This document shows positions 28,941-44,479 of a stretch of DNA of 64,000 nt, piece by piece. Location: assembly GCF_009914755.1 (NCBI RefSeq), contig NC_060925.1. One strand, 5' to 3'. The notes below the pieces were generated by a model. That model was not told the origin of the DNA. It searched no databases and worked only from the letters and a program-made list of their open reading frames with translations. The stretch comes from the human T2T-CHM13v2.0 reference genome, Homo sapiens. The position numbers were made by a program, and so were the translations under genes. Numbering within the stretch: position 1 is the first letter of the stretch; each line of letters opens with the position of its first letter.

Positions 28941-29759
28941 GTAGAGCACATAGCCGCTGGCATCACAGTGCCTGGTGTGTTACTCTTTAGTTGCCAGGGC
29001 CCCTTAATTTTTACATTAGATGGGTATCTGTGAATTCTGGAATTTGGTACTGTATTTATGTGTGACCCAGATTTATTCCCTGATGAAGAAAAGTGTATTA
29101 TAATCAAGCTGATGAAAACTTAGTTATCGTCCGTGTTTTCAGGGCAGAGCAAAATGCCTTTCAGTACCAGTGACAAAGCAAAGGGTCTTTTTGATACCTA
29201 AGAGATTGGATTTGAAAGCATTGGAGTGGTAATTGCTTGTTGAGACTCCTGACTGCAGGATGGAAAAGTTGGCCTTAAGTATAATGTGGTCACAATCCCT
29301 AATCACTCATTAGATACATGTGTCGCTCAGGAGATTTTGCAGTTTGGTCTGTAAAGAGTTATCTTGGATGAACTACTGGATCAGAGCAGCATGGCCTGGA
29401 AAGGCACCTAAATCTCTCAAAGCCTCCTTCTGTTATAACAGTCTTGAAAATTGCTTGTTTCTATGAATTAGTCAGAAGATAAGAGGACATAAGCAGTTTG
29501 TTACGCTGAACATTTTGATATTTTGCCTCATTGTATTTTGTAGAACACCTCAAAAGAAGTTTCATTAGAAATGGAGAGAATCTGGAAAAAGAAATTAATT
29601 GAAAAGAATGGTTATTATAGGCACATCAGGAATCAGATGCTACCTACCAGTTTTGAAAACAAACATTTCTAGTGGTCCTTAATCTTCTCCATGTCTCTAT
29701 CTCCTTGACAATCTGTGAGATGATAGTGGTGGGGCAGTGATCATGATCATGGCAGCTAG

Positions 29760-30010
29760 CAGCTAATTATTGAGCACTTGCTATGTCCCTGGCCTGTGGT
29801 GCCAGTGCTTTAGGTGTAACTCATTTAATCTTCCAGCAGCCCAATGAGAAAGGTACTATTACTATCTGCATTTTGTAGATGAGGAAACAGAGCTCCTAAT
29901 AGGTTAGGTAATTTGCCCAGGATCACACACTTTGTAATTGAACATTCAAGATTCGCACCCGGGTAGTCTGGCTCCAGCTCTGGCCTTTAACCACTAAGCT
30001 ACATTGCTCA
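29760..30010 (-). mobile_element. MIR
   Basis: 'attttgtagatgaggaaacagagc...ggttaggtaatttgcccaggatcacaca'. Confidence 0.8.
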
Positions 30011-30574
30011 TGAAAGCCGTGGGCCCTCTCCCCCAGAAAGGGTGTAGTTGGGCAACATTACATGGGCAGTAATTTAAAGAGCTTCTGGACTCTTCTTCCC
30101 CTATCCAGTCCATTGATTTGGGTTCAAACCCTACCCTAGACTTATGTCAGTTCCTTTCAGGCAGAGATTATGTCTTATATCTGTGTTTGGTACATAGCAG
30201 GAGCTAAATAAATGTTTAATGAATGAATGGTATGTTGGAAATGACACTAGCTTTAAAGCCAGCCCCACCTGTCTGGGATTTTATTCTTAAATTTCCTGTT
30301 ATAAGGTTTATGCATGTTTACTATAGAAAATTTTATAACATATGAAGAAGAAAATAAGTCTGCCATAATGACAGTACCTAGGATAACCACTCTTAGCATT
30401 TTTCTGTATTTTCTATATTTTTAAATGCAAATATGTATATGCATGCACACATATTTTTAAACCAAATTGGAATTATACACGTATTCAGTTGCATGCTGGT
30501 TGTTTTCTTTTTAGTATATCGAGAGCATTTTCCTACGTCATTAAAAACCTTCAAGTGCCTTTTTTTCCCCCACA

Positions 30575-32670
30575 AAAGTATTTATATGTAATTTACATAC
30601 CATAGAATTTACCATTTTAAAGTGTACAATTCAAACATCTGTGTAACTGTTATGGGATCTTTAGGGTGTCGATTTTCTTCCTGGAAACCTCTGTTGGCTG
30701 TTGGTGCCTTTGCCCAACCTCTTGTCCTGCATCCAGGTATGCAGACAAGTGAAGGGTGAAGAAAACAAAGAGCAGATTTATTTAGTGTTAGAACAGCTCA
30801 GAGGAGACCCGCGATGGTTAGTTCCCCTCTGTAGGCAGGCAGGTTGTCTGTCGAGTGTTCAGCTCTCAGTAGAGAGGAAGCCCTGGAGAGGGTAGCTCCT
30901 CTCTGCTTGCTGGTTGACTAGACGTCTGCTGCTCTCAGCAAAGAGGAGGCCCTGGAGAGGGTAACTCCTCTCTGCGGGCAGGTCATTTGGCGGTCTCTGC
31001 AGGTCTCTGAAGTTCTCAGCAGAGAGGGTAGCTCCTCTCTGTAGCTAGTCATCCCATGTCTACTCAGCTGTGGCTGAGTCCGGGGCTTTTATGGGCCTCA
31101 GAGGGGAGGAAGTGCGGTATGTGCCAGTTGGCCCATGGGTGGCCATGGGCGGGCCTGGAAAAGGCACCAGTTCCCACTCTGGTCAGTGGGACTGGCAGCC
31201 AGGCCCCCCAGCCTTCAGGCCCCTGCCTGGCCTGAAGGAGGGACCTTACTGGGACCTGCCCCCTTCTACCTGGGACTCTGTCTGCCTGCTGTTGTTCATG
31301 GTGCTTGGGCTCTGCCCAACTTTGCTCCAGATTGAGATCGGAGTGGGTGCTGATAGCAGGGAGAAGCCAAACAGTGGGGGCAGGTGCTTCTGAGCCTGTG
31401 AGGGTGGGGCCTTCCCAGACCCCCAAGAGTGCAGGGATGCCTGAGTTGCAGCCATGGTTTGGGGGGTTTCAGCTGCCCCATGGGGGGCAGGGCTTCTGCC
31501 TGCTTCTGGCTCCCCAAGAACACAAGGAGGCTCATATCTGCAGCCACAACTTGGGTGGTGCCCCTGCCTGCTCCGTGGAACATGTAGCCCTGCCCAGGCC
31601 TCCTTGCTTCAGCCAGGATAATGGCAGGCCAACTGGATCAGCTGCCACCATTATAACCATCACCACTTTCCAATTCCAGAACGTGTTTTATCACTCTGAA
31701 ACCCCCCCTGTACCTGTTAGTAGTCACTCCCCATTTACTCTTCCCCAAAGAGTCTGGTAACCACTAATCCACTTTCTGTCTCTATGGATTTGCTTATTCT
31801 GGACATTTCATATGAATGGAATCATATACAGCAATATGTGGCCTTTTATGTCTGGCTAAACTGGCTTTTACTTAGCATAATGTTTTCAAGATTCATCCAT
31901 GTTGTAGAATGTATCAGTACCTCCTTTTTATGGATGAATAATATTCCATTGTTTACATGTATAATATTTTGTTTGTCCATTCATAAGTTGATGGACATTT
32001 AGGTTGTTTGCATTTTTTGGCCGTTAGGCTTAATGCTCCAATGAACATTAATGTACAGGTTTTTGAGTGGATCCATGTTTTCATTTGTCCCAGATATATA
32101 CTAGCAGTGGAACTGCTGGGTCATATGGTGTCTCTGTGCTTAACTCTTTGAGAAACTGCCAGACTGTTTTCCACAGGGGTGGCACCATCTTATGTTCCCA
32201 CCAGCAATTCCGTGAGGGTTCCAGTTTCTCCATATTCTCAGCAACACTTGTATTTTCTGTTTTCTGTTTTATTTTATTATACCCATCCTAGTGTTATGTG
32301 AAGTTGTCTCTCACTACAGTTTTGATCTGCATTTACTAATGACTGATGATGAACATCTGTTCATGTACTTACTGGCCACTTTGCCTGTCTTTGGAGAGAT
32401 GTGTATTCAAATCCTTTGCCCATTTTAAAATTGGCTTATTTGTCCTTTTATTGTTGAGTTGTAAGAGTTCCGGATACTAGATTCTGGTACACTATATGTA
32501 TTCTGAATACTAGACCTTTATCAGATATGTGATTTGAAAATACTTGTTCCCATTCTGTGCAGTGTCTCTTTACTTTCATGATGATGTCCTTTGATAAACA
32601 GACATTGAAAAATATGATGAAATTCGATTTATTTATTTATTGGGGGATTACATGTTCTTTTAGTGTCATA
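30575..32670 (-). mobile_element. L1MB/ME-like 3' fragment, interrupted by a MER52-like LTR
   Basis: 'accattttaaagtgtacaattc...taac|...|catcaccac...atggatttgcttattctggacatttcatatgaatggaatcatataca'. Confidence 0.8.
30648..31653 (-). mobile_element. MER52-like solo LTR (ERV1)
   Basis: GC-rich; starts 'tgttatgggatctttagggtgtc'; internal 'ctctcagc..agagggtagctcctctctg' repeats; perfect 4-bp TSD TAAC at 30644-30647 and 31654-31657. Confidence 0.85.
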
Positions 32671-33179
32671 TAGAGAGCCTAATTTTATGGCTGCATAATA
32701 TTCCATAATATGGCTGTATGCCATATTTACTTTAAAACCTCGTATATTTAAGTTTGTCTGCAGGGTTTTTTTTAACCATTAATACTATTGCTGCGAATAT
32801 AGTGTACATAAATATTTCATTGCATATATAATTAATTATTTCTGATAGATTCCTAGAAGTGATTCTAAAAGGCATAAACATTAACATTTTTTTTCCTGCT
32901 ACTATCATGGATTTCTCATTCTTTTTTATCTGGAATTATACAGCTTGTATATAAAGTAACTCTGGTAAAACATTCAAGCAGTGCAAGTAAAGTATACTTT
33001 TCCCCACCCTGCAAATTCTCGAGTCTCTAAGGACATTTTTATAGCTTTAGATGAGCAGATTACTCCCAGATTATTTACCAGCCTTGTTTCCTAAAAAGTT
33101 TTACCAGATTATACTTCCATCAGCATTGTGTGGGTACCTAGCCCATTGCTCCCTCTCCTATGTTATTAGTGCAAGTAGT

Positions 33180-33812
<633 letters not shown>

Positions 33813-34168
33813 AAGCTAATACTTATTGAGCATTTACTGTTGACAGTCACTTTGCTAAAGCAATTCAGGTGCATTCTCTCATTTCATCTTCACACTAAAA
33901 CTATAAGGATGTTAAGGCTCACAGTGATTAAAGTGATATGCCCAAGGTCACCGAGTAAGTGTTCAAGTTAGTTCTGCCAAATCCGAGTCCACGGTCTAAA
34001 ACACTATTTCCCAATTAAATACTGTCACTGAAAAACTTTTGATTCCATGTTTTGATTTGCGTTTCTTTAATTATTCACCAGGCTGAATTTTTAATCAGTT
34101 TATTGACTTTTAATTTTTTGTGAATTATCTATATTTTTCTTTTTAAAATTTAAAATGTTAATGTTTCC

Positions 34169-34345
34169 TTTTTTTTTTTTTTTTTTTTTTTTTTTGGAGA
34201 CAGGATGTCGCTCTGTTGCGTATGCTGGAGTGCAGTGACACAATCATGGCTCACTGCAGCTTGAAACTCCTGGGCTCAAGTGATCCTCCTCCCTCAGCCT
34301 TCCAACTAGCTGGGAGTATAGGCATGTGCCACCATGCCTGGCTGG

Positions 34346-34377
<32 letters not shown>

Positions 34378-34499
34378 TTTTTGTAGAAATGGGGTCTCAC
34401 TCTGTTGCTTAAGCTGATCTCGAACTCCTGGGCTCAAGTAATCCTCCTGCCTTGGCCTCCCAAAATGTTGGGATTATAGGCATGGGCTGCCATGCTTGG
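34169..34499 (-). mobile_element. Alu (AluJ-like) with expanded poly-T tail and linker
   Basis: Long T runs at 34169-34196 and 34347-34376. Confidence 0.9.
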
Positions 34500-34519
34500 T
34501 GTTTCCTTATTGATTTGTA

Positions 34520-34850
<331 letters not shown>

Positions 34851-35018
34851 TGAAGTGTTCACTGGTTTATCATTTATGTTTTAATTTTGTTGATGGTGTT
34901 TTGTTTTAAAGCTTACATTTTTATGTAGTCAAATCTATTGATCATTTGTGAATTTCTTCTGTTTCCTTTATGCGTAGAAAAGCCTCTTCCAGTTATGTTT
35001 TCATTAATGTATTACTTC

Positions 35019-35187
35019 TTTTTTTTTAAGAGACACAGTCTCACTATGTTGCCCAGGATAGAGTGTGGTGTCTGTTCGCAGGTGTGATCAAAGAGCACTA
35101 CAGCCTTGGCCTCCTGGCCTCAAGCCATTCTCTTGTGCCAGCCTCCTGAGGAGCTGGGACTACAGGTACATGCCATTGCACCCGGCT
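35019..35187 (-). mobile_element. Fossil Alu monomer (FAM-like)
   Basis: Monomer that keeps a 7SL-like segment ('gtctgttcgcaggtgtgatcaaagagcactacagcc'). Confidence 0.75.
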
Positions 35188-35244
35188 ATATTAATAGTCA
35201 CCTAAATGTTTTTGAGGTCAAGTCACAAATCCACCTGATAGGGT

Positions 35245-35540
35245 TTTTTTGTTTTTTTGTTTTTTGTTTTTTTTTATGAGACGGAGTCTTACTCTGTCAC
35301 CCAGGCTGGAGTGCAGTGGTGCGATCTTGGGTCACTGAAACCTCCGCCTCCTGGCTTCAGGCAATTTTCCTGCCTCAGCCTCCTGAGTAGCTACCACGCC
35401 CGACTAATTTTTGTATTTTTAGTAGAGACGGGGTTTCACCATGTTGGTCAGGCTGGCTTTGAACTCCTGACCTTAAATGACCGCCTGCCTTGGCCTCCCA
35501 AAGTGCTGCTATTACAGGTGTGAGCCAGTGTGCCCGGCCC
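35245..35540 (-). mobile_element. Alu (AluS-like) with a small internal deletion
   Basis: 'gagtagct|accacgcccg' lacks 'gggattacaggc...'. Confidence 0.9.
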
Positions 35541-37089
35541 CACCTTATAGTTCTAGTGGCAGTGGATTGGGAAATTTGTAATCATATGTTTGCATATATT
35601 TTGGGCAGTTTTATGACTTAAAGATAGTTATTTTTTTGCTGAAAGAGCCATCAGTGGTTGAATTTTAATCAACATTCGAAGAAAAAAATGATAAACAGGC
35701 TGTATAACCAGCCTAGTGCTTCAGCAGCATGTGAGATGCATGGAAGCCCTCCCCACTGAAGCCCTGTTGTGTGTACTTAGGAGTTTGGTATCTTGGTTCA
35801 AATACTGGCTTAAAAGCTCAGAAACCTGGATCCTGGTTCTGGCCCTGCTGTTGCCTGTTATAGATTTATGACTTGAGCAGGTCACTTGATTTCTATCAAT
35901 TCTTTCATCTGTAAAATAATAGGGCTGAATTACATAATCTCTGAGGATAATTCTAGTTGCATAATTCTGACTGTTATCCTTCTGATAAGGAATCATTTCA
36001 TGTACATTTGGTATCGATAAGTTTTTTATAAAGTTTTAAGTGGCATGAAGGAAGGGAGAGTAGTAACAAGTGAATGAAGTGTGTGGGAGAAAGGAGTGGG
36101 TGGGGGAACAGAGAAAGGGAACAAGGAATGAGTCTGCCACAGCCAGTGTATGGCAGATGGCCCAGAAGGAAGCTAGAAGGGGGATAAATCTGAAGTGAGC
36201 TGGGAGCTTCATTGGGCTTCGGCTTCTTGAAGGAGGAGTAGTTCTGATCTGGTATAGACAGATGTCCCGAGCGTCAAAAGAAAAGCCTATGGTCAGGGCC
36301 AGTAGGAGGGTACTCTGAGAGAAAGAGACTGAAAAATTAGCACATGGTCATGATTATTAGATACCTGCCAAAAGTTATCTCAAAGACAAAGCAATGCAAC
36401 TATATCAATAGAAACTGGAGCCACAGAAGAGTCTAGGAACCCCGTAATAGACGAGACATCACAGAATGTCAGTTGGCAGTGCCCGTGCCGTGTAGTTGGC
36501 CCTCAGACTCCACCTGCCGGGTTGTGGGGCCAGGCATTTACTTTAATGGTAAAGACAGAGGCACCAGGCTTCCACTAAATGTTGGTTGCATACACCTAAC
36601 TTCCTTTGCTGTCTTCTATGATTCTGAAGAGACTTTCTGATGTTATTTGACCTTGCCATTTGAATTTTTTCACAGATAACTGCAAAGAATAGGTATATTT
36701 CTCCTTGTGAATTAATGAATTGCCTTTCTGATTTGTGCTTCTTCTGTGTCTAGATAGTGCTATCCAACCTCCTCAAGTCCAGTTAACTTTAAGACTTTGA
36801 CAGGTTAAGATTTCTGTATCGGCAAGGTTGACAACCAAACTAGACCTTTTGGTAAATTAAGTTGAAGCCATCTTGGAAAGTCTTCTGGCAGCCAGCCAGC
36901 TGGCCTATTCCAATAGCACTCTTTCCCAGATAACATATCACCATCCATCCTTTAGCAGAGACCAGCAGAAAAAACAAGGAGCCTCAAATGCAGGCACTCC
37001 TGCCAGGCCACCCAGCAGTCCATCTCTGCCTGTGAGGGATTGGGGAATGATGGCAGTGAGCCCAGAAATACTGTCAGCCAGAGAGATTA

Positions 37090-37310
37090 AAGTAGTAGTT
37101 AAGAACACGGAGCCAGGCACATCTGCATTTGGGCTCTGCTCAAACTTATTAGCTGTGTGGTCTTGTGGGTTATATAACCTTGCTTGACATTAGTTTCCTC
37201 ATCTATAAAATAGGGATATAATGGTATCTACCTCATTGAGATGTTAGGGGAATTAAATGAGAAAGTGTGTGGAACGTGCTTAGCACAATGCCAGACATTA
37301 TTACCATGAT
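37090..37310 (+). mobile_element. MIR
   Basis: 'agtttcctcatctataaaataggga...tacctcattgag...aattaaatgag'. Confidence 0.75.
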
Positions 37311-37469
37311 AGAGCAGTTGATGACCTTGCCAAAGGCATTTGAGAGCCTCAGGGATATGGAAAAGGGCAGAGACCAGTGGATTGGGCAAAAAAGATGTTT
37401 TAATCACCTCCTATTCACCCCATCCGAAGAGAGAGGGATTTCCACTGTAGGGTTATGGGGATGCTGAAC

Positions 37470-37860
37470 ACATGACACCTGACAGTGGACAGATGAGCTT
37501 GACAGCTGTAGTCACATATACTCACAGCCTGGAAGCTGGGATACCACACACCACGTAGGCCCACACGGGAGCTGCACTCGAGAGCAGAGTAAGCCACCGG
37601 CGAGGGGCTGTGGGAAGCAGCCTTTGTAGTGTCAAGAGCGGATGGTGCCCCCTGGTTCTGGCCAGAGGATATGATTGGCTTGTTTGAATAATTCCAGGGG
37701 CTGGCTGGGAACTGTAACCCACTCACTTCTCAAGAATAAGCAAGAGCTGTACCTGGTCCCCTTAGTAAGGAGGATTGTTTGGGCAGGGGACCTTATCCGT
37801 GGAGCACAATGGGGAGGGGTACTTGTGGTAGGCCATTTGAGGCCCTCGAGATTGTACTAG
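37470..37860 (-). mobile_element. Old ERVL-type LTR (MER54/MER74 group-like)
   Basis: 'catatactcacagcc...gcctttgtagtgtcaagag...gattggcttgtttgaataattcc'. Family from recall; boundaries uncertain. Confidence 0.5.
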
Positions 37861-37888
37861 ATGTCAAGTAAGCATGTAACTGAGCTGC

Positions 37889-38201
<313 letters not shown>

Positions 38202-38834
38202 TAATTTTAGACTTTACACCACAAAAGAGAATACTAACCTTGAAATGCTGTTGAATACAGCTTTCAGGGGATCTGAGTAGGAGGCTATGGGAGAGAAGTA
38301 GAGGTGTTTGATTCTGTGAGAGACGACAGATGGCATAATGGCTAGAAAGGAAATGTCACAGTAGGTCATATATTGTGTCATGAGCCAAGATATCTTCACT
38401 GTGTTCAGTTCAGCATATATTTATTGGCTGGCTGTACCATTCTAGGTCCTTCGAGGCTTAACTAGGTCTGGTTGACCATTTCCTAGATCAAGAGCAGTGT
38501 GTCCTGGCACAGGATCCTGTTAGGTCTAGTTACTTTGGCAGCAACTGGCTAAAGCCTGGGGCCCTAGAAGATAGGCTGCTGGAATGCATTCCAAAAGAGT
38601 TTGGGTTGGTACCAGGAGGCCACAGAGCTATTTGCCTAAGGCCTGGTTGTTAGGATCCTCCATGTCATATGGATTTATTCCCAGAGATACTTTGGACATT
38701 GTTTTTCTGTCTGGAGCCAAGGGCAGGTGCAAAAGAGGGATTTGAGGGTGACTTGTGACTTTCTAGAGGTGAAGTGTTGCTTAAAACATATTTGATAATA
38801 ATTAGATGTGATTTGAGATTAGGTATTGTTGTAC

Positions 38835-39005
38835 AGCACTTTGCTACTCAGAGATGGTTCCTTGGACCAACAGCAGCTAGGTCACCCGGAGCGTATTAAA
38901 AATGAAGAGTCTGAGGCCCCACCCAGAACTTCTGAATCAGAATCTTTTCATTAGCAAGATCCGCAGGTGATTCTTATGCACATTAAAGTGTGAGAAACTG
39001 TTCTA
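38835..39005. mobile_element. MER5A/B-like hAT MITE
   Basis: 'ggccccacccagaacttctgaatcagaatc...caggtgattcttatgcacattaaagtgtgagaa'. Confidence 0.75.
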
Positions 39006-41920
39006 GTGGATAAAGGGCATGAGCTTTCGGGTCAGACTGACTGTATGAAAATTTCTGTTCCTCTACTGATTTGCTATATGTCCTTGGGTCTGTTACTTAA
39101 CTTCACTATCAGGGGCTTATTTGTAAATTGGGTTTAACTGTCTTGCTGGCTTGTTAGTATTAAAGGAGGTGATATGGAGAAAGAGCTTAGAAACATAGTA
39201 AGGTACTTAAATATCAGTAGCTATTAGTGGTTATTTGATAAATAATATTCTAGTATTATTTAGAATATGAAAAGAGAGTGCAGGATATCATTAGGGCTGA
39301 CCCAGCCATGCGATGTGAATTGGTGATTGAGAAAAACATGGTCTCCTGAGCGGATGGGGCAGTGGATGTGTTTGGCTCACTGACCAGTTCCCTCAGGATG
39401 AGACTGTAACTGCTCATTTTAAGTAACCAAGCGTTGACAGCTATACTCTTAATGGCTTGTAAGCTCTTAGAAGGGAGAAATTATCTGCAAAAGTGGTAGC
39501 TAAATCTTAGCGTTCAGTGAGGCCTTGGCATTATAGAGGAAGGAACCATGTCTTAGGAATTGAACCTGAGTTCGAGTGTGGATTTTGCCATTTATTAGCT
39601 CTGTGGCCCTTAACAAGGCAGTTAACATCTCGGAGCCTTAGTCCTCATCTGTAAAACGAGGATAAGTGGGATTATGAGCTGTAAATCCCAGTATATAAGC
39701 AAAGTGTTATTAGCATCATCCCTACTTGATATCTACAACAGAGCTCACTAGACAGCCTCCCAAATCCCCAAAGGTGAATTTTATGCCTGATTCACACCCT
39801 TCAGAATCTTCAGTGCTGGCATTCTTCAGAGCTGTCCTGGCTGCCTGGATTTCCCAATGACTAGAATAGAATGTACCTTAGGAAGGCATACAGGCCATTC
39901 GAGTATCGCTCCAAATCTTGGAGAGTGGAACCGAAGCACACTAGCATTTGGGAAGGAATCATGATGACAGTGAAAGCATTTGAAACAATGATGATACATG
40001 TGAGAGATACTATCATGAACCCAGGAGTGTGAAATACAGAAATCTGCATCTCTTACACTCCACATTGTTGCCTTTCAGGCCCTCGGTACAAGAGAACAGA
40101 CCAAATTACAGCAGCTTTTGAACTTGAGAAATCTGGGCCTACTAAAAGCTACAGTCACCCTTTCCTAACCTTACCAATCCTCCTTGCATCCTCAGAAATA
40201 ATTGCTAGGAGTTCTCTTTTAACTTAGCTCATCCCTTAGATACCTTACATTTTAAGTCATCTTTTTGTGTGTAGCAAACCCCTCATTTCTTGTTTCTGAA
40301 TGTGTGATCTTTGCTCTAATTATGTTGAGAGTGCCTGTTATTTCACCTGACTCTGGTTGTTTGTGAGCTGCTAAGTAGCCATGAGGTTAAAACAGACTAG
40401 GATCAGAGAGCATCTCAGCCTCTCAGGACCTTAGTTTCCTCCTTTAAAAAGGAAGGAGATTGGACTAAGGTCATTTGGTCATGCAACAAGAGTATGTGAT
40501 AGATAAAGTAATGAACTTCTGTTCGGTGAAAGCAATGAATAGGGCTCTCCAAGGTCCCTTTCAGCTTTCTGGTTCCAGCAGAGCCCAGGCCTCAAAATAG
40601 AAGTCAAGATTTTATTCAGAAGATAGGGATTACCAGTACCAACAATAAAAAAAAAAAAAACAGGTAAGCTTGCATTAAGCTGGAACACCCAAAAAGATGT
40701 CTCAGACCACGGGATAGGTCTGCCCATAGGAGGGTGCAGAATTGTTAGGGGAGACAGAATCGAAGACCTTGATCAAGAATTAGAATGACTTTTCTCTCTT
40801 GGATATTGAAATACAGAAATCCAGGCAGAGGTGGGTCTAGCTTTTGCTTCATGAACCTCAAACTGTTTATTGGGAGGCAATATATATAGGAAGCCTGTTA
40901 CTCCTTCCTAGTGCTAATGTGTTTCCCTTATTAGTCCATTCTGCTGGTCACTAGCAAAGCTCTGCTTTAATTATGCTGTTCCTAGTTCAGTGTGCCTTTC
41001 TCAGAAAGCAGGCATTTAAGTTCCTCTGGCTATTGTCTGGACTCATGCTCCATACTTCCTCTTACATGGGTGTTTTTGGAGATCTACCTCTGGCCATCCC
41101 AGTGTCCATAACAGCGATAGCAGTTACTTATCAGGTGCCTTTCCAAAGCCAGGTGCGGTGCCAGTTGCCTGCAAGCATATGTTATTTCCAGCATATGTGC
41201 CAAGTATGTCTCTTTAGGTCTGCGTTCATGTTTCTTCCTTTGTCTGCAATTCTTTTTCTTTTCACCTTGTCTGTTGAAATTAAACCTTGAAATTACCAGC
41301 CCTAGTCCTTCCCTTGCCACTCACTGGGATTAATCTGTTTTTTTCTTCTCTCCTTTTCTTCCTTTCCCTCTTCTTGACTCTTGTGGATTGAGTTCTTTTA
41401 AGAGTTCTCTTTTCAATCATTCCAGTGTTGGATTCAGGATTGGATTACCATCTCCCTGTGGACAAGGATCTTGTTTTACTTACCTTTCCTTTTGCTCCCA
41501 CACAGCACCTAGCAAGGTACTGAGTAAATAAATGGTGGGCAGTTGACCCACAAATAGTTAATTATTTATGTATGTTACCACTGATTGGTATGAGGACGTG
41601 TGTATTGCTGGCTGAAGACTTAGGGGAAAATTAGTACAATAAATTGGAGAATATCAGGTCCAGTTCCCTGAGGCACAGAAGAGAGCCCCTTACCCTCTAG
41701 TAGTAGCGGCAAAGGCTTTTGTCTTGTTAGGGAACTTGCCAGCAATTGCGGATTACAGAACATCCACTTTATTGATTTAAGCAACGTAGATTGAGACTGT
41801 AAATATTTAGTATTATTTTCCTCCCTATTCATTAAAGGGATTCCATGTTTTGTACAAACTTAGTTCTCACTTGTACTTTTTCTGGTTTTTCTCCTGTGTA
41901 TGACTGTTGTTTCCTTATAA

Positions 41921-42274
<354 letters not shown>

Positions 42275-43072
42275 TAAATATTCTTTGTGCTCCTTTTGGA
42301 AAGCTGGCCTAGTTTCTACTTTGTGTTGAATTCCCATTTGTGTTTTGGGTCATTATGCGGCACTTGGTTCAGCCAATTAAGTTTCCTCTTTCTAAGTATC
42401 TTTATTCTATATCAGTATAGTCTTTTCTTGAGGCTTTAATATTGTTCCTTTGAGGAACATTCATCTTTCTGGTACTCTTCTGTTGCTTAAACGTTCTTCC
42501 CATGGGACCTTTGACAATTTTTTCGAGCCTAGCAATTCAGTTAAGTACTTAATAACATAATTTAGGTTCCCTCTATACCTGAGTCTACAGGACTTCGAGA
42601 TTCCAACATGCAGTGTTCCACTATGCTTTCTTACCTCCGGAAAGTGCCCTTTCACCACATGACATCTAGTGCTATATTCTGTCTCCTCCATTTACTTCCT
42701 TGCAAAGAAAGTTAGGCAGAAACAGTAAAATATATATTAGAGACTTTTACATTTCAGTTGGGACATGAGCAAAATATAGTTTAGCCTGTATAGTGTATTT
42801 CCATAGCCCCCAAATCACTAGTGTATCCCTCATGATTATATATATTTATTTAATAACAGAATTGTGTTCCTGAAAGTGGTATGAAAATTAATTCTAGTTT
42901 AATTGTTTATTTACAGATAAATACTTAAGCTATCAAGTCAGATGGCTAGTTTCAAAACTGTTTAATGAGGATGATTTCATAGCCTTTCTCGGAGCCAATA
43001 ATAAGAGCTAACACATACAGTGCTTAACAATATGCTAGGCACTGTTTTAAGTGTGAATACACCCACACACTA

Positions 43073-43441
<369 letters not shown>

Positions 43442-43458
43442 TTAAAGTCTCTTATTAA

Positions 43459-43551
43459 AAGGCTGGCCTCAAACTCCTGATCTCAAGTGATCCTCCCGCC
43501 TCGGCCTCTCAAAGTGCTGGGATTAACAGGCGTGAGCCAGCGTGCCCAGCC
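43459..43551 (-). mobile_element. Alu 5' fragment
   Basis: 'aggctggcctcaaactcctg...gtgcccagcc'. Confidence 0.85.
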
Positions 43552-43945
43552 ATCTTAATTTGTTTTTTGTTTACCGTACTTTTCTTGCCTTCCTTCTTCC
43601 CCTTTCCCACCTACTACTGGATTAATCACATTTTCTTTATTCTCTTTTATACCTCTTGTTTGTAAATATTCAGTTTCTATTCCCTTGTATCCTTGTACAT
43701 AAACGTACATAGTTTACTTAATAGAGGCTAAAGGTGTTATTTTGTCGTCCTTGACTCTTAGAACACCCTAACTTTAGTTTCTCTCACTTTTTGTGTTGTT
43801 GTTGATTTTTAATTTCAGAGAGACAGTGGATTACAGTGTTTAACAGTACAGAACTCCGTGTCAGACTGCCCAGTTTTGAACCCCACACTGCCACATACTA
43901 GCCGTGTGGCCCTGAGTGAGTTATGTAACCTCTCTGTGCTATAAT

Positions 43946-44248
43946 TTTCTTTTTTTTTTCTTTTTTTTGAGACGGAGTCTCGCTCTGTCGCTTAGGCTGG
44001 AGTGCAGTGGTGCCATCTTGGTTCACTGCAAGCTCCGCCTCCTGGGTTCACGCCTTTCTCCTGTCTCAGCCTCCTGAGTAGCTGGGACTACAGGCGCCTG
44101 CTACCACGTCCGGCTAATTTTTTATATTTTTAGTAGAGACGGGGTTTCACCGTGTTAGCCAGGATGGTCTTGATCTCCTGACCTCGTGATCTGCCCACCT
44201 CGGCCTCCCAAAGTGCTGGGATTAAGGCGTGAGCCACCGTGCCCGGCT
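43946..44248 (-). mobile_element. AluY-like element nested in a MIR (about 43820-44410)
   Basis: Y diagnostics 'gcaagctccgcctcctgggttcacgcc' and 'ttagccaggatggtc'; TSD tctgtgctRtaatttt; MIR halves on both sides. Confidence 0.93.
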
Positions 44249-44479
44249 CTGTGCTGTAATTTTCTTACCTATAAAATGGAGATGATGAGTACCCACTTCA
44301 TAGGGTTGTTGAAAGGATTAAATGAGTTAATATACGCAAAGCATTTAGAACAGTGCCTGGCACATAGTAAGCACTCATTATGTGGTAGCTACTATGATTG
44401 TCATTATTCTACTTTGTTTTTAATCTCCCCTTCCCATACTCATTTTTAGATGTTGGTGCATTTTAGATATATTAACATA

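Noticed and set aside
30701-31760. Cluster of overlapping 60-150 aa ORFs and internal repeats
   Set aside because: All lie inside the GC-rich MER52-like LTR, and the internal repeats are typical of that family.
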